Shown one piece after another: positions 1 to 13,215 of a stretch of 64,000 bases of DNA. How positions within the stretch are numbered: position 1 is the stretch's first letter; every line of letters starts with the position of its first letter. This DNA comes from Glaucostegus cemiculus (Eukaryota): assembly GCA_976551045.1 (NCBI GenBank), contig CDPCPM010000056.1, forward strand, positions 29,760,001-29,824,000. The letters are read 5' to 3'. The position numbers and the translations under genes were made by a program. Under the pieces are notes generated by a model. That model was not told the DNA's origin. It saw only the letters and a list, made by a program, of their open reading frames with translations, and made no database searches.

Positions 1-174
1 ATCACTTGGGAGAAGGTGCTTCTGGGACAAGGTCAACGTTCCTGATCTCAGTAACTACAGATTCACACATTCTGTAGATCATATGAGGCACAATCTCATC
101 TGCTTAGTGGGAGAGAGAGTGATTGTTGAGTCCAGTGGTAGTAACACCAATCACAAAAACTGTTTCTCCTGGAT

Positions 175-485
175 TGTGTCAAGCCTGAAGTTTATGGCTG
201 TGTACATTCTTCAAGAAGTAAATATTTCATTGCTTCCCTGATTTGAGCTTTAAGGATGATTGAAAAGCTTTGAGATATCAGCAGTACCCAGTCTCTGACC
301 TGTTGTTGAAGCCACAAGGCTGGTCCAATGAAGCTTTTGTCATCAATGGTGATCCTGAAGATGTTGATAATTGGTGGCTTAGTAATGATTTTGTCTTTAA
401 ATATTTTAGGAAAAACGTTGGGCTCTCTTTTGTCCAAAATGGCACTCCTTTGGTCAGAAAGCTTGTGGTTACTTGTTATTTCAAG
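175..485 (-). mobile_element. Degenerate fragment of a CR1/L2-group elasmobranch LINE (ORF2 C-terminal part)
   Basis: The reverse complement resembles the copies at 34440-34680 and 56170-56300; e.g. cccagtctctgacctgttgttgaagccaca here vs gttgcaagagcaggtctgaggctggg at 34538-34563. No open frame remains. Confidence 0.55.
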
Positions 486-932
486 TATAAAAGTAGTGGT
501 GGCAAGGACTAATTCACAATCTGAGTAAATTTAAGGTTATCTCTATTGAACAACAGAAGCTATGAGGTTAATTGTGATTATTTGCCTTGAGCCTTCTGTA
601 TTTGTTGTTTTAATAATGAAGCTATTTGCTTGGCTATTTTTGTAGTAAATGACGATTCAGAGTTTTGATGAGATGGGCTCGGTAGTGGGAGAGGTCCCTT
701 CATACTAAGCATTTGGTGTTCTTCTGAGTCCCATAAGAACAGACCAACAATAACATTCTATGATTATGTGTGGAATAAAACTTTGACAAGTTTGTTGTGT
801 CTTGAGGTGTTAATATAAAACACAATACAAATATTTAATTGAGATGAATCTGACATTCCTCTCCCTCAGTGAATATATTAACCAGTCATACTTACAGTGT
901 TATATGCCTCTTCATACAAAGTTGAAATGCGT

Positions 933-1200
933 AGAATTAGCAACACAGAAACAGGGCATTCAACCCACTGATACATACTAGTCTTTATGCTCCTCACAAG
1001 CCTTATTCCACTTTACTTAATCTCACCATTTTGGCATATCCTTTTATTCCTTCCTGTCTCATGTTGAGCTAGCTTTCTCCGAAATGCATCTATGCTATTG
1101 ACCTCCACTATTTTGTCAGGGTAGCAAATTCAACATACTAATCACTTCTAGATAAGCAAGTTTCTCCGGAATTCTTATTGGATTTATTAGTGATGATCAC
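933..1200 (-). mobile_element. CR1 LINE 3' end fragment
   Basis: acacagaaacagggcattcaaccc is the antisense CR1 terminal stem-loop motif, followed by degenerate antisense ORF2 3' sequence. Confidence 0.6.
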
Positions 1201-2811
1201 ATATTTTTATATTCTAACAATGAATACTTCACTATTATGTTTCTTTCTTCCTTGGCACAAGGAACAGCAGATCTATAAATACATGGCTTACTGTACCAGC
1301 TATTCTAAATTACTGTTCTATTACAGAAAGTGACATATATTCCTTGCAATAAACTATTGGATTAATTGACCATTACTTAATTCTAGCTGACTAGACACAG
1401 CCTGAATAGTTAATCATGGCAAATCTATCTTTACACAGATATGCAAAGCAATCTTGTGCTTTTGGAGAACTGAATGGCCAGTTTAAAACTTAACCAAACT
1501 TCACTGTATCTATCAGGATATATCAGCTTTTTTTATTCTTGGAAAGGGTAGGAATCCTCTGAGCCAGAGATGTAACAAATATGTTTTCAGAAAAACTGCA
1601 AATTTATTTTTTATGTGTGGAAGAGAGATTTCCCTTGAGCATTACATCATTAGCAACAAAGATTGCTTGAAATTGCAAATAGTTACAAGATTGTCCTTAA
1701 AAACTCCAATTCATAAGCAGGGGTCCTGGATTGCAATTCATAACTTAAAGATTCAATCCAGAGACTCAGTAAACAATGATGTATGTTGCTCTAACACTGA
1801 ATCATTTTTATCACAACCTTTGCAACCCATTAATGTTCAAAAAGAAGTATAATAAATCCACATTCATATATTTTATCCAAACAGTAATATTTGCTTCAAC
1901 TAAGTAACGGTGTTGAGATTGATCAGTACTTGTTAATGTTGATTCCCTTCCCTACTCAAGTTACACAAGCTGTCACTGGGAATCAAATCAAGCCTCTGCC
2001 AGCTGCAGTAGAAATCAAACCCCTCTGACACACGATAAAAGCTTGTGCTGAGCCACAAGGTTTCCATTAAAAACAGTCTGCAGCAAGATGAACAACTCAA
2101 AACCAGCTATTGATCAGCCCATCGATCTACAGTGGGGGAACCAAGATGGGAAAAGTACCAATCGAGATAGGATTTCTTTTTTTTCATCTCTGGCTTAGTG
2201 GTTGCCAAGCTCTGGGTCCTTCCAGGCTTAAGCCATCAGACATTTCTGACGGAACTAGCCAGGATGTCTGACTGAGATAATTCAAGCTGAAGGCAGACAA
2301 TCTGCTGTGTGAACTGATTAGCCATTGACTTGCAACTTGACCTGTCTGATCCGTGACAGGAGCTTCTTAAAAGGAAGGCAGCCTGATAGAACAAATTCTA
2401 CAAACTGAGTTGGGCCAATGATAACAGAAAAGTGACTTCCAGTTTATACTCTAACTAATCCTTCCCCTCTTCATTCTCAAATACAGACAGGAGGGAAACA
2501 CTACAACACATCACTCCAAATGAAGTTTCTGTTTGCAATCCAGGGCCTTTAACCAACTGAAGAGTAGCTCAATCATAGTTCAACTATTATATCATGCTGC
2601 ACATTTTTCATTTACGAGAGAAGATTCTGCACATTTTCTATACATTTCCTCAATTCTACTTTATAAAATTCATGAGAAAAGTAATCAGGAGGTGATGTAT
2701 TCCTTCCTAAATATTAACCATGTGTATATTCAAATCTACCTAAGACTTCACTTGCAGAAAGACCTTCTGTGCTCTACAGAGCACAACTACATTTACACTT
2801 CAGCGGGAACA

Positions 2812-3432
2812 TGGGGCCAAATCTTCCTGGCCCGGTCCATCATCACCTATTATCTCCCAATACCTATACTTCCCTCATCTGGTCACAAACAGCCTATCTC
2901 ACTGGCCCTAAATATCCTGGACTCCAGTGACACGGCCTGGACAGTGGCAGGAACTCAGATACATTAGGAGGAAGCCTCACCCCTAAAGCACCCCTGTAAG
3001 CCTAGACTGTGGGTAAAAGCCCCAGCTGTAAAGGTTGGGAAGGTAATTTATTTGGTTCTATCGGTCTCTGAAATTTAAAACTATTAATAGTTTAAGCAAA
3101 TTATTTTGCACTATTACAGCATTATAAATAAATTACAAATATATGTTAACTAAAACATATATAATTAAAAACACTAATCTAAAGCAAAATAGTCTTATTA
3201 AAGGAAATTATCTGCTCTTTGCCTCCAAGTTCACAGCTGTACAATCTTCGCTGAAATCAGGGGGTTTGTGCACCTGCATCAAGTCTAACCTGACAAAGGC
3301 TCCAAGATGAAATTGCCCAAGTTAATCTCAGTAAGACTGAAATCCTCTGTTGGATTCCATAGTGGTCCAGCAGTGAAGAGGACTGACAGTTTTTGCATGC
3401 CGAATTGGTTAGAAGGTTAAGAATTTTCAGGT
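2812..3432. mobile_element. Possible decayed non-autonomous DNA transposon (Harbinger-like MITE)
   Basis: GC-richer ends (ggggccaaatcttcc ... gaattttcagg) around an AT-rich centre, an architecture recalled from shark non-autonomous elements. Terminal inverted repeats match poorly. Confidence 0.3.
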
Positions 3433-3664
3433 TTCACAATGCAAGCCTAGAAACCCCAAACCCACTGCCATTAACTGCTCAGAACAGCTAGCATTAGACA
3501 GTGAGAGGCAATCCATGTATTATCTTCACAATTTCATTCTACTTTTTGTTTTAAAGATATTAGTGGTGCTGAACATGAGTCTTGCACTTCCAAAGTGATT
3601 TGTTCCCCAAATTACAGGGTGTTCCAAGACATTTTTTTTTTGAAATGCAGGTAAAATGGGGAAG

Positions 3665-4010
3665 AATGCAATGGTTATGGTTGTTATATTACTGAGTTAG
3701 CATCTTGAGGATCGGAGTATTGATCCAGGGATATGTGCTCAAATCACAGCACCTGGAAATTTAAACTCAAGTAATTAAATAAATTTATTATGACATAAAC
3801 CGTGAAACTACTCAATTCCCTTAAAAAAAAACATTTGATCCACTAACCCTAAGGGCAGGAATTCACCCTTACTCAGTGTGGCCTATCAATGTGCTTGACT
3901 GTCTCTGAAATGCTTTAGGGACAGTCTATTCAAGATCCTCTGGATGCAAGTCCAGAAACTTAACCATAATACCACTGTCAGTGACATCCACATCCAATTA
4001 ATGAATAAAG
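3665..4010 (+). mobile_element. Old tRNA-derived SINE sharing its 3' tail with the CR1/L2-group LINE
   Basis: Degenerate A/B-box head (tgctcaaatc). Its tail cagtgacatccacatccaattaatgaataaa resembles the LINE end ccagtaatgccaatatctcaaaaaatgaataaa at 56684-56716. Confidence 0.55.
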
Positions 4011-4369
4011 CAAGCACTTTACTATCTTTTACGAACATTGACTGGAATAATATTTTCAACTTCAGACTATTAAAACAATCTAGCCTTGGTGGAAATTTCT
4101 GACTCCCACATTAAAATGTGCACAGAGTTTGCCTAAATTTATGATTAGCACTTCCAGCAGACATGGAGACTTGCCAACGCTGGAGAACTCATGTAGTATC
4201 AATTCCAAGTCTGGGCCCAAACTGACTCCAGAATGAAAACGTGTGAGAATTTCTGATGGGCAAAATCCCACATCGATTAATTTTGAAATTTCATGGATTG
4301 TAAATTCAGTGCAGTCTCAAATTGGGTATATAAATTGCTCAGTAACCCCTTGGGAGTTCATTGAAACAG

Positions 4370-4645
4370 GTTAGTCCTTCTTGCAAGTAATTTAAATACT
4401 GTTACCTGCATTGTATAAACAGTAGGGTGGCAGAAGTTTGGAAAACTCTTCCATAAAGATCAATTATCAATTTTTCTGTCAATTGTTAATCTTAAATCTG
4501 AGATTAATAGACTTCAGTTAATCAAATGAATTCAGAGATATGGAGTAAAGAGATATGGGGTTGGGGCATAAATCATCTATAATATCAATGAATGAGAAAA
4601 TGTACGAGAGAGAGGTCAAATGGTCTACTCTTATTTCTATGTTTT
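4370..4645 (+). mobile_element. CR1 LINE 3' end fragment
   Basis: Degenerate agtagggtggcagaagtttggaaaactcttcc ... gaggtcaaatggtctactcttatttctatgtt, the same terminal pattern as the younger copy ending at 11017. Confidence 0.55.
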
Positions 4646-6538
4646 TGTATGAATGTGCTAATTTTCTTCACCACATTTTTTAATAGAAATCACACAAAAT
4701 ATAGGAAAGGAACTTGCACCCTGGCATACATGACAATAAACTAATCTGAATCAGGGCTTCCTACCTTCCGACCATTCTTCCCATAATAGAAAAATTCTAT
4801 TTAAAGGGAAGACAGGCATTTCCTTCACCCTGTTTTTATAATGTCACATTTTGAGGTGGGATTGATTGATTGATGGTCTCTGATGGGTATCCACCAAATT
4901 TCCCTCTGAAATGCCAAAGATGCAAACATCTTGGCTCTGCAATTAAAGCTGTTTTTGCCCATATTATCATTCCTCAAAGCAGCAGATTAAGGAAATGACA
5001 ACCTAACCAAATGCATAACACAACTCAAAATTCTCTCTTTGCCCACTGCACTCCAGCATGCTAAATCCCACCATCCCACCCATCCTGAAACTTCCAATCC
5101 CAATAATCAACAAGGTATTCAAAATTAGCAGGTGCTTGGCCCTTTTATGTAAATAATTCCTACAGCAATCGACTGAAATCCAAGGTTTTAACATTTATCT
5201 GGTGAAAGGGGTACTCCCTTTATGAATGCTTAGAGCTCTCTCTTGGGCAGTAGATCTGAATTTTTGGCTAAACATATAAATGTGAAATGCTTGTCTAGAA
5301 CCTGAGCTACTGCCCTGAGCAAACTGGTGCAAGTTAATGCTGTGAAGAACAAGTCACCTCTTCATGTATACCAGTTTGTCAGGCACCCCTCTCCTCCTTC
5401 CGTCCTACTTCCAATCCAGTTCTGAACTGACAGTATTTTTTTATCTGGTGAGCAAAAAAGTCTGTGATTTTTTCCAGGACAAAGGGCCTACAATGAGTAT
5501 GAAAGAAATACCATTTCTATTACCATAACAGTGTCACAGAATCATAGCAATCAATATATAATTATGATAACATTACCTACAAATTGCATTCATATTTTAA
5601 ATTGTAATGAAGGTACTCAGGGAGTCCCATCAAATAACAATTGTTCTTCAGAACAAAAACCTACATAGCAAACAAATTTAGAGCTCACTTGGGTTGCAAC
5701 TCCTTTTCCAAATGGGGAAAAAAAGCTTTTCTCTGAAAGTTTACATAAGGTAGAAAACAAATAAACTGCCTGTGCATCTGCTGAAAAAAACCCACTATTT
5801 TTCCAATTTCTTTTTAGCATGTGAAGAAACAAGATGTTACAGAGCATTGAAGTCCTAAAGAGTTAACAAGTCAACTGGGATTCAAAGCAGCTGGCATTCA
5901 GCCTGTAATCATTCAACGTGCCCTTTATCACAGCACATGGTACCGTCTTCTGCCTATTGCTCTGTGCCAGTCCCATGGTCCAGGTGATAGCATAGGGACA
6001 ATGCACCAATATTGAATTCTTCTACAGACAAAGAATGAGCTCACTCAGAGTGAGACCAGCTTACTGTCTGCTGCTCATGACTACACAGTCTGTCTACCAA
6101 CAGACAAAGATGTCGGCAAGGGAGAGTTTGAACATAGTTTCTGGCTCCCTGCATTTCAAAAGAGCTTTAAGCCAGCGGCCCGAGGGGTGAGGCTGGCTAG
6201 TCACTGGCATACTTGGCTGTGTATTGAGCCAGGTGGCCTAAGCATACTGGCAAACGACTGGCATGGAGCCCAATGCAGATGGCTTGCATCACTTTGGTCT
6301 TTCCCCACGAAGCCTTTTAGACTGTGAACACAAATTTCTTTCAGGTCAGAGAGCAGCTTTCAGCACTAAATCAAAGTTCTAATAAATATCCCATTGTCTT
6401 ATTCTTTGTTCATGCATAACAGAAAAACTTCAAGACGTATTCTCTATCTTTTTTTTCAAACTCGCTCGCAGCGTGTAGGCCGTATACCCTACCTGGCCTC
6501 CCTATTTCTTTTAAACTGTGCCTTCAGGTTAAAATAAT

Positions 6539-6587
6539 CCCACCCCCACACCCCACAAACCCACCTCCCCACCCCCAACTCCCCCAC
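6539..6587 (-). repeat. C-rich tract (G-quadruplex-capable on minus strand)
   Basis: cccacccccacaccccacaaacccacctccccacccccaactcccccac has seven runs of 3 or more C. Confidence 0.8.
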
Positions 6588-7008
6588 AGCCAGAGACTTT
6601 TATTGAAAGAGAAAATTCTTTCTCGCCTCCCACTGAATGGATTATAGATTTCATCAGTCTGTGTAGCTTCAGGTTTTGTATAAAACTGCAGATGAAAAGT
6701 ATATTTATAAAAGAAATACCAGACCCCCAGTGTTATTTATACCATTGCAGGAGGTCTGCAGTAAACTGCAGGAAAGCATTTCAAATCTTGAATTTTGGAT
6801 ATAAATTATTTTGGAAGACTTCTTGTCCCTAATTTATTTCTAAATGTTACCTTACTTCATTTAACACCGTATGTGCTTCTAGTGTTTAAAACTACTCTCC
6901 ATTATTTTTCCCCAATGAGGATTTCACGCCTAATGATTCAATGTATTAAAACAAAACTAATGTCTTTGAAAGCCATACAAAAAGGACTGGGTGTGTTCTA
7001 TTAGTGAT

Positions 7009-7046
7009 GGGGGATGGTGGGGGGTGGGGGGTGGGGGGTGGGGGGG
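7009..7046 (+). repeat. G-rich tract (G6T)n, G-quadruplex-capable
   Basis: gggggatggtggggggtggggggtggggggtggggggg. Confidence 0.85.
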
Positions 7047-7315
7047 TGCTGGTTGTTGGTCTTTCCTGAGCTTTATTAATGAGGGAGTCATGATGCTGTA
7101 CATTAATTCAGAGTCTGATGGCCAGATATATCAGACTGTAGTATGAGAGGTGGTTCACGTTTTGTGTGGATCAATCCTACCAATAATCAACATTCAGATC
7201 CAAACCTTTATGTACAGTGTGCAGGAAAAGTTTGTTAGTTAAATACTGGTGTCAAGGATGAAGGAGAAAGTTACTGTCAGCCTTTCTTAATATTTTTTTG
7301 GACTATAATTCTCAC

Positions 7316-7468
7316 CAGACAATATTCACAATTTTTCATTGGGAGCCAGGCTGCCTGTTCACCTGTTCCATGTAACATATGTTCATAATTTGGTCTCAGA
7401 AGCCATGCATCTGAAGGGATGTTGTCCATTGTCAATTTAAAGCCATCTGGAGTTTTTGAGTATTTCAT
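7316..7468 (-). CDS. Candidate alternative first coding exon (51 codons, MKYSKTPDGFKLTMDNIPSDAWLLRPNYEHMLHGTGEQAAWLPMKNCEYCL)
   Basis: Open frame from ATG at 7468 (second ATG in strong context acaATGG) ending at a donor CTG|gtgaga in phase 0. Unique, non-repeat sequence; no homology recognised. Confidence 0.3.
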
Positions 7469-9066
7469 TTTAAGATAAAAAAGAATTGAAAATTAATTGG
7501 TTGTAAAGAAGAATGAAATGCTAGTGTCATGTTTCTGCAGCATCTTTGGGCTCCCACTTTGCAGAAACTGGTAGAAATCTTCAACAAGATCATCCAAAAT
7601 GGGACTCAACCATAAGTTATTATTAGAGACTAAAGCAATAATATTTAACTTCCATAGCTACAAATATACTTAATCTGTGGTGAATCACATGAATTGCGGG
7701 TACCAATCCATTCAAGTTTGAGTAAAACATTACAAGTAATTTTAGTAGGTCAATATACACATAGATGAACCATGTCTACATACAGTATCAATAATTTAAA
7801 GTGGACTTTGGAGATAAGTTGCAGGTAGAAACTCTCCATTCTCACCAAGCTATTACGGTGTCAGGCCATGCTTTTGGTTAGAACACATATTTGATGTCAC
7901 AATTCTTGCATGGTAACTTTGCTGAGGGAATACAGAAGTAAGTGCCTACAAAATAGACTCAATGATGCTATACTTTTTTATACCTAACATTCAACCAAAT
8001 TTTGATGTTAAATAAAGCATGAAAGTAAATCGAGGATTTACAGAATGGTTCACGAAGTCCACTATTTTTTGTTCTGGGTTCCCTCATCTATCTGCCAAAG
8101 GATCTTGGACATGCACAGTGGCATCCAACAGCATGAAATAGACATTAGACATCACTACTGGGATTCTCATTCATGCTGGAGTAACTGATTGGTCTGCAAG
8201 TCACTCCTGTAGTATCAAGGCTTTCACAGTACCTGTGAAGGCCACTTCAGAATGAACCTTCCTTTGGCCCCAGGCCAGCCACTGGAAACCATTTCAGGGA
8301 GGTCCCCTTTAAAACGTTTCTCTAAAAATATCTCTAATCCTTTGGTGACCCACTGACACACTCTTCCATGGTAACAACCCTAAGCTTGTGACCATGATCA
8401 GAGTCAACTCAATCCCCACCAATCATTTGATCATGTTCCAAGCCAACAATCACCTGGTCACCCCTGCCAGTAATCACCTGCATCACTTCAACCAACCAAC
8501 CTGCAGTAGCAGGCTAGCCAACCCATACTCCACCACTTATCATTTGCAACCAACCTCCCAATCCTACTTCTGAGCTTCCCCTGCTGGACATTTCTCCCTG
8601 TGACAGCCCACCACCCCTGTCCTGGATCTGGCCATGGCCCCAGACCTATTTAACCTTAAATGCATGTTCTGCACCACTTGAAAATTTAAATCCTTGGGCA
8701 CTACTGAATTTCCAAGTGGTGGGCTTAGGAACAAAGTTGTCAGTGCTCTGCACCTCTTCAGGCACAAATGAAATTTTTGGACAATGTGCCCAATTAAAGT
8801 ACTCACAGTTATTACTGATGATCAAATGACAAAGGGTGATGTAAACGGCCAGTTTATGTTTGAGCCTCTCTATTTGTTACGTTAGTAGAAATATCAGCAA
8901 TAAGATTGAGAGTTTGAAACTGAGCTGGATGGATTCTGTTCTTCCAGCAATGACCCCCAGTTGAGGGCTTATCAAAATTAAAAGATTATAAAAAGGAATC
9001 AATGATTTCAGTGTGCATGAATCTCATTTAAACCTGTGTTTATGATTCAAGTTCATTGTCAGATTT

Positions 9067-9312
9067 GTACAGCACAGAAGCAGGCTGTTAGCCCCCGTTT
9101 ATTCCAACCATTGTGCCTATCTATACCAATCCATAACGGTGCATTGATTCCATATCCCTTTATGCCTTGCCCTTCACATACCTATCCTGATGCCCCTTAA
9201 ATATTGTCACTGTTCCTGCCTCGACCACTTCCTCTGGCAGCTCATTCCATGGTTCTATGGTCCTCTTCCAGATACCAACTACTCTTTGTGTGAAAAATTC
9301 ACCCCTCAGGTC
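9067..9312 (-). mobile_element. CR1 LINE 3' end fragment
   Basis: tacagcacagaagcaggctgttagccc terminal motif and antisense accacttcctctggcagctcattcca ... tgtgtgaaaaattcacccctcagg. Confidence 0.7.
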
Positions 9313-9499
9313 CCCGATACGTTTAAGGTGAGAGGGAGGAGGTTTATGCCCTCACATTTTAGACACCTCTATCATAGGTAGGGGTATAAAATGTATTCTT
9401 TTAATATTATTGTACATTTGAAATCATTTTTAATTGCAATATATTCATTTTTTTATTGCAGTGGAGCAGCATTTCAATGACATCCTGAGGTTTCTTGGC

Positions 9500-9812
9500 A
9501 TGGTGGATTTTGAAAGGAGGTTTCCTCAGGTGGGAGAAGCTAGAACTAAGTATCATCATTTAAAAATAAGGGGTCACCCATTTAAGACAGAGGTGAGGTA
9601 AAACCTTTTCTTCCAGAGGGTTTTGAATGTTGGAACTCTTTTCCTCAAAGAGGAATGAAAGAGAGTTCTTAAATATTGTTATGGTAGATTCTTGAAAATC
9701 AAAGGGGTGGAAGGTTATCATGGGTAGACAGTTCCAGCAGAGTTGAGGTTACGATCAGATCAGACGTATTAAATGGCAGAGGAAGTTCAAGGGGCTGAGT
9801 GGCCTACTCCTT
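9500..9812 (+). mobile_element. CR1 LINE 3' end fragment
   Basis: Degenerate ORF2 end (aaataaggggtcacccatttaagacagaggtgagg) and terminal aggggctgagtggcctactcct. Confidence 0.75.
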
Positions 9813-9944
9813 ACACTAATTTGTTTCTTCATATATAGTTCTTTGTGAACTGAGAGAATGGGTTTAAAATATCAACATCAAATTCCTCTTGGAAGGAAAG
9901 GAATGTACAGCATTCGGCATATTGTTCTCCTTATGATTTTTCAT

Positions 9945-11017
9945 AGATAGAAACAATATGGATAGAAGATTGGCTGACTGGCAGAAAGCAAAGAGTGGGA
10001 AAAAAAGGAGGCCTTTTCTGGTTGGCTGCCGGTGACTAGTGGTGTTTAGCAAGGGTCTGCTACTTTTCACGTTAAATGTTAATGATCTGGATGATGGAAT
10101 TGGTGGCTTTGTGGCCAAGTTTGTGGATGATACAAAGATACGTGGAGGGGCAGGTCGTGTTGAGGAAGCAGGGGGGTCTGCAGAATGAATTGAACAGGTT
10201 GGGAGAATGGGCAAAGAAGTGGCAGATGGAATACAGCACAGGGAAGTGTACAGTCATGCACTTTGATAAACAGAATAAAAGGCATTTCTAAACAGGGAGA
10301 GAATTCGGAAATTGGAGGTGTAAAGGGACTTTGAAGACCTGGTGCAGGATTCCCTAAAGGTTAAACTTGCAGGTTGAGTCGGTAGTAAGAAAGGCAAATG
10401 CAATGTTAGCATTCATTTCCAGAGGACTAAAATATAACAACAAGGGTGTAATGCTGAGGCTTTAGAAGGCATTGGTCAGACCACATTTGGAGTATTGTGA
10501 GCAGTTTTGGGCCCCATATCTAAGAAAGAATGTGCTGGCATCGGAGATGGTCCAGATGAGGTTTACAAGAATATTCCCAGGGATGAAAGAGTTAACGTAT
10601 GAGGAGTATTTGATGGCTCTGTTTAGAAGAATGAGTGGGGATCTCATTGAAACCTACTGCATATGAAAGGCCTGGATAGAATAGCCATGAAGAGGATGTT
10701 TCCAGGTGTGGGAGAGCCTAGGACCAGAGGGTACAGGCTCAGAATAGAAGGATGACCCTTTAGAACAGAGATGAGGAATTTCTTTAGCCGTAGGGTGGGG
10801 AATCTGTGGAATTCATTGTTACAGACGGCTATGGAGGCCAAGCATTGGGTATATTTAAAGTGGAGGTTGATAGGTTCTTGATTAGTAAGGGCGTCAAAGG
10901 TTACAAGAGAAGGCAGGAAAATGGGGTTGAGAGGAAAAAATAAATCAGCTATTATTGAATGGCAGAGCAAACTCAATGGGCCAAATGGCCTAATTCTGCT
11001 CCTACATTTTATGGTCT
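9945..11017 (+). mobile_element. 5'-truncated CR1 LINE, frameshifted RT C-terminal region
   Basis: KFVDDTK (degenerate FADD motif) at ~10117; track peptides LQNELNRLGEWAKKWQMEY and VRPHLEYCEQFWAPY; terminal stem-loop gggccaaatggcctaattctgctcc. Confidence 0.92.
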
Positions 11018-11307
11018 TTTCTTAAAATATGCAAATGATCTTAGTGGAATCACAGGATTGATCACAATATACATTTTCTTTGAGAAAAAAAAGTAGCCTT
11101 GTGTTCAAAGTATCTTTGGCTTGCAAACTTGTAAGTGAACCACGAATAGTAAATTCTCAGTTTTTCTCATTTGACTGTGTCCACACTGCTCATACTATGC
11201 TTCGTGAGAAGATGCACTGCAATCCCATTTTCAGAAGGATAGTTTAGAGAATGGCAGAAGACATGGTCACAACTGGTGGACAGAAGAGGGAATTCATATG
11301 TAGCTGA

Positions 11308-11546
11308 TTTTTATTTACAGCGTGGTAACAGGCCGCTTCGGCCCAACGAGTCCGTGCCGCCCATTTTAAACCCCCAAATTAACCTACCCGTACGTCTTTA
11401 GAATGTGGGAGGAAACCGGAGCACCCGGAGGAAACCCACGCAGACATGGGAGAACATACAAACTCTTTACAGTCAGTGACGGGAATCGAACTCCGATCGC
11501 TGGCGCTGTAACAGCGTCGCGCTAACCACTACACTATCATGCCACC
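11308..11546 (-). mobile_element. HE1-like V-SINE with CR1-type tail
   Basis: Minus strand has a tRNA-like head (B box gttcgattccc), the V-domain core gggtttcctccgggtgctccggtttcctcccaca and tail gggccgaagcggcctgtt. CpGs are retained, so the copy is young. Confidence 0.92.
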
Positions 11547-11609
11547 AAGAGCTGTGGGGCATTTTAGGGTTGTGTGTGTTTCTAGAAATCGGGCAGCAAT
11601 GTTGATCAG

Positions 11610-12546
11610 CAAGGATATGGGTGATGGGTTAGTAAGTTTGCGGATGACACCAAAATCGGCGGTGTGGTGGATAGTGTGGAGGACTGTCGGAGCTTACAGA
11701 GGGATATTGATAGGATGCGAGCTGGGCAGACAGGTGGCAGATGGAGTTTAATCCGGAGAAGTGTGAGGTGGTGCACTTTGGTAGGATGAACTCCAAGGCA
11801 GAGTATGAGGTAAATGGCAAGGTACTTGGCAGTGTAGAGGAGCAGAGGGCTCTGGGGGTTCATATCCATAGTTCACTCAAAGCTGCCACACAGGTGGATA
11901 GGGCAGTTAAGAAGGCTTATGGGATGTTAGCTTTTATAAATGGTGAGATTGAGTTCAAGAGCAGAGAGGTGATGATGCTGCTTTAAAAAACTCTAGTTAG
12001 GCCGCACTTAGAGTATTGTGTTCAGTTCTGGTCGCCGCATTATAGGAAGGATGTGGAGGCGTTGGAGAGGGTACAGAGGCGATTTACCAGGATGATGCCT
12101 GGATTAGAGGGTATGGAATATGAGGAGAGGCTTAAGGTGCTAGGGCTCTACTTGTTGGAGAGGAGGAGGATGAGAGGGGACTTGATAGAGGTCTATAAGA
12201 TATTGAGAGGAATAGATAGAGTTGACAGCCAGCGCCTCTTTCCCAGAGCACAGATGCACAAGACGAGAGGGCATGGCTTTAAGATATTGGGAGGAAAGTT
12301 TAGGGGAGATGTCAGAGGGAAGTTTTTCACCCAGAGAATGGTTGGCGCATGGAATGCGCTGCCTGGGGTGGTAGTAGAGGCAGATATGTTGGACAGGTTC
12401 AAGAGATTGTTAGATAGGCACATGGAAGAATGTGGAATAGTAGGATATGTGGGAGGAAGGAGTTAGATTGTGAGACGTTTGAAGGATGGCATAACTTGGT
12501 GGGATGAAGGGCCTGTTTTGTGCTATATTGTTCTATGGTTCTATGG
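11610..12546 (+). mobile_element. 5'-truncated CR1 (HER1-like) LINE, relatively young
   Basis: KFADDTK at ~11634; ORFs 11741-11986 (MEFNPEKCEVVHFG) and 12053-12466 (LERVQRRFTRM...FFTQRMVGAWNALP) are separated by a stop; ends gaagggcctgtt...ttctatggttctatgg tandem tail. Confidence 0.95.
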
Positions 12547-12599
12547 AATACTTGAGGTTGTTGGTGATCATGACACTGCTTTAGTATTCAACAAAAGAT

Positions 12600-12905
12600 G
12601 GCAGGTAGGGATGAAACTAGGTGATGTTACAGATTTTGAAATAGGCAACCTTTGTTATTGAGATGACATAAAATTCAAGACCGGAGTTTTGGACTGAAAA
12701 TACATTAAGGCCACAAGCCATCTGATTCAGCCAGGCCCTACGTCTTAAGGACAAGGATACTGAGTTTTAAGTAAGGCAGAAAATAGTGTTTTTGGTTTTT
12801 CTTCCATTATTTACCTGAAGGATGTTGCAATTCATTCACAAATGAATGATAGCAAGCAATCCAACAAACAGCAGCAGTGAAGGGCTTGAAGGCTGACAGT
12901 AGAGT
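12600..12905 (-). mobile_element. Degenerate L2 LINE fragment
   Basis: Resembles antisense L2 ORF2 (gtgatgttacagattttgaaataggc ... gtttttcttccattatttacctgaagg). Recognised from memory of the consensus. Confidence 0.5.
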
Positions 12906-12924
12906 TCAGTTCCACTTATCCATA

Positions 12925-13215
12925 TGCCAATGAAATTCCATCCTTCAAATGAGACATTAAGCTAAAGCTCTTGCTAGCCTCTCAGGTGGACATGTGAGAT
13001 CCTCAGGCACAAATTCAAAGAACAGCCAGATTATCCTCCATGTCCAGGCTGATAGTTTTCCTTCTACCATTGTTACAAAAACATTACCTGATCTTTATCA
13101 CATTGTTGCTCACAGGAACTTGCTGTATACAAATTGGCTGCTGAGTTTCCTTTATCACAAGAGTGACTCAACTTCAAAAGTGCTTGAGGCTGTGAAGGTG
13201 CTAGGAAATGGTAAA
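12925..13215 (+). mobile_element. Deu-domain SINE (SacSINE1/AmnSINE1-like)
   Basis: atgagacattaa...cctctcaggtggacatgtgagatcc ... atcacattgttgct...cttgctgtatacaaattggctgc, the characteristic Deu core. Confidence 0.75.

Noticed and set aside
11480-11546. tRNA-like sequence
   Set aside because: It is the Pol III head of a V-SINE, not a tRNA gene.
11741-12466. Longest protein-like ORFs as host genes
   Set aside because: They are CR1 ORF2 C-terminal remnants with a stop and a frameshift.
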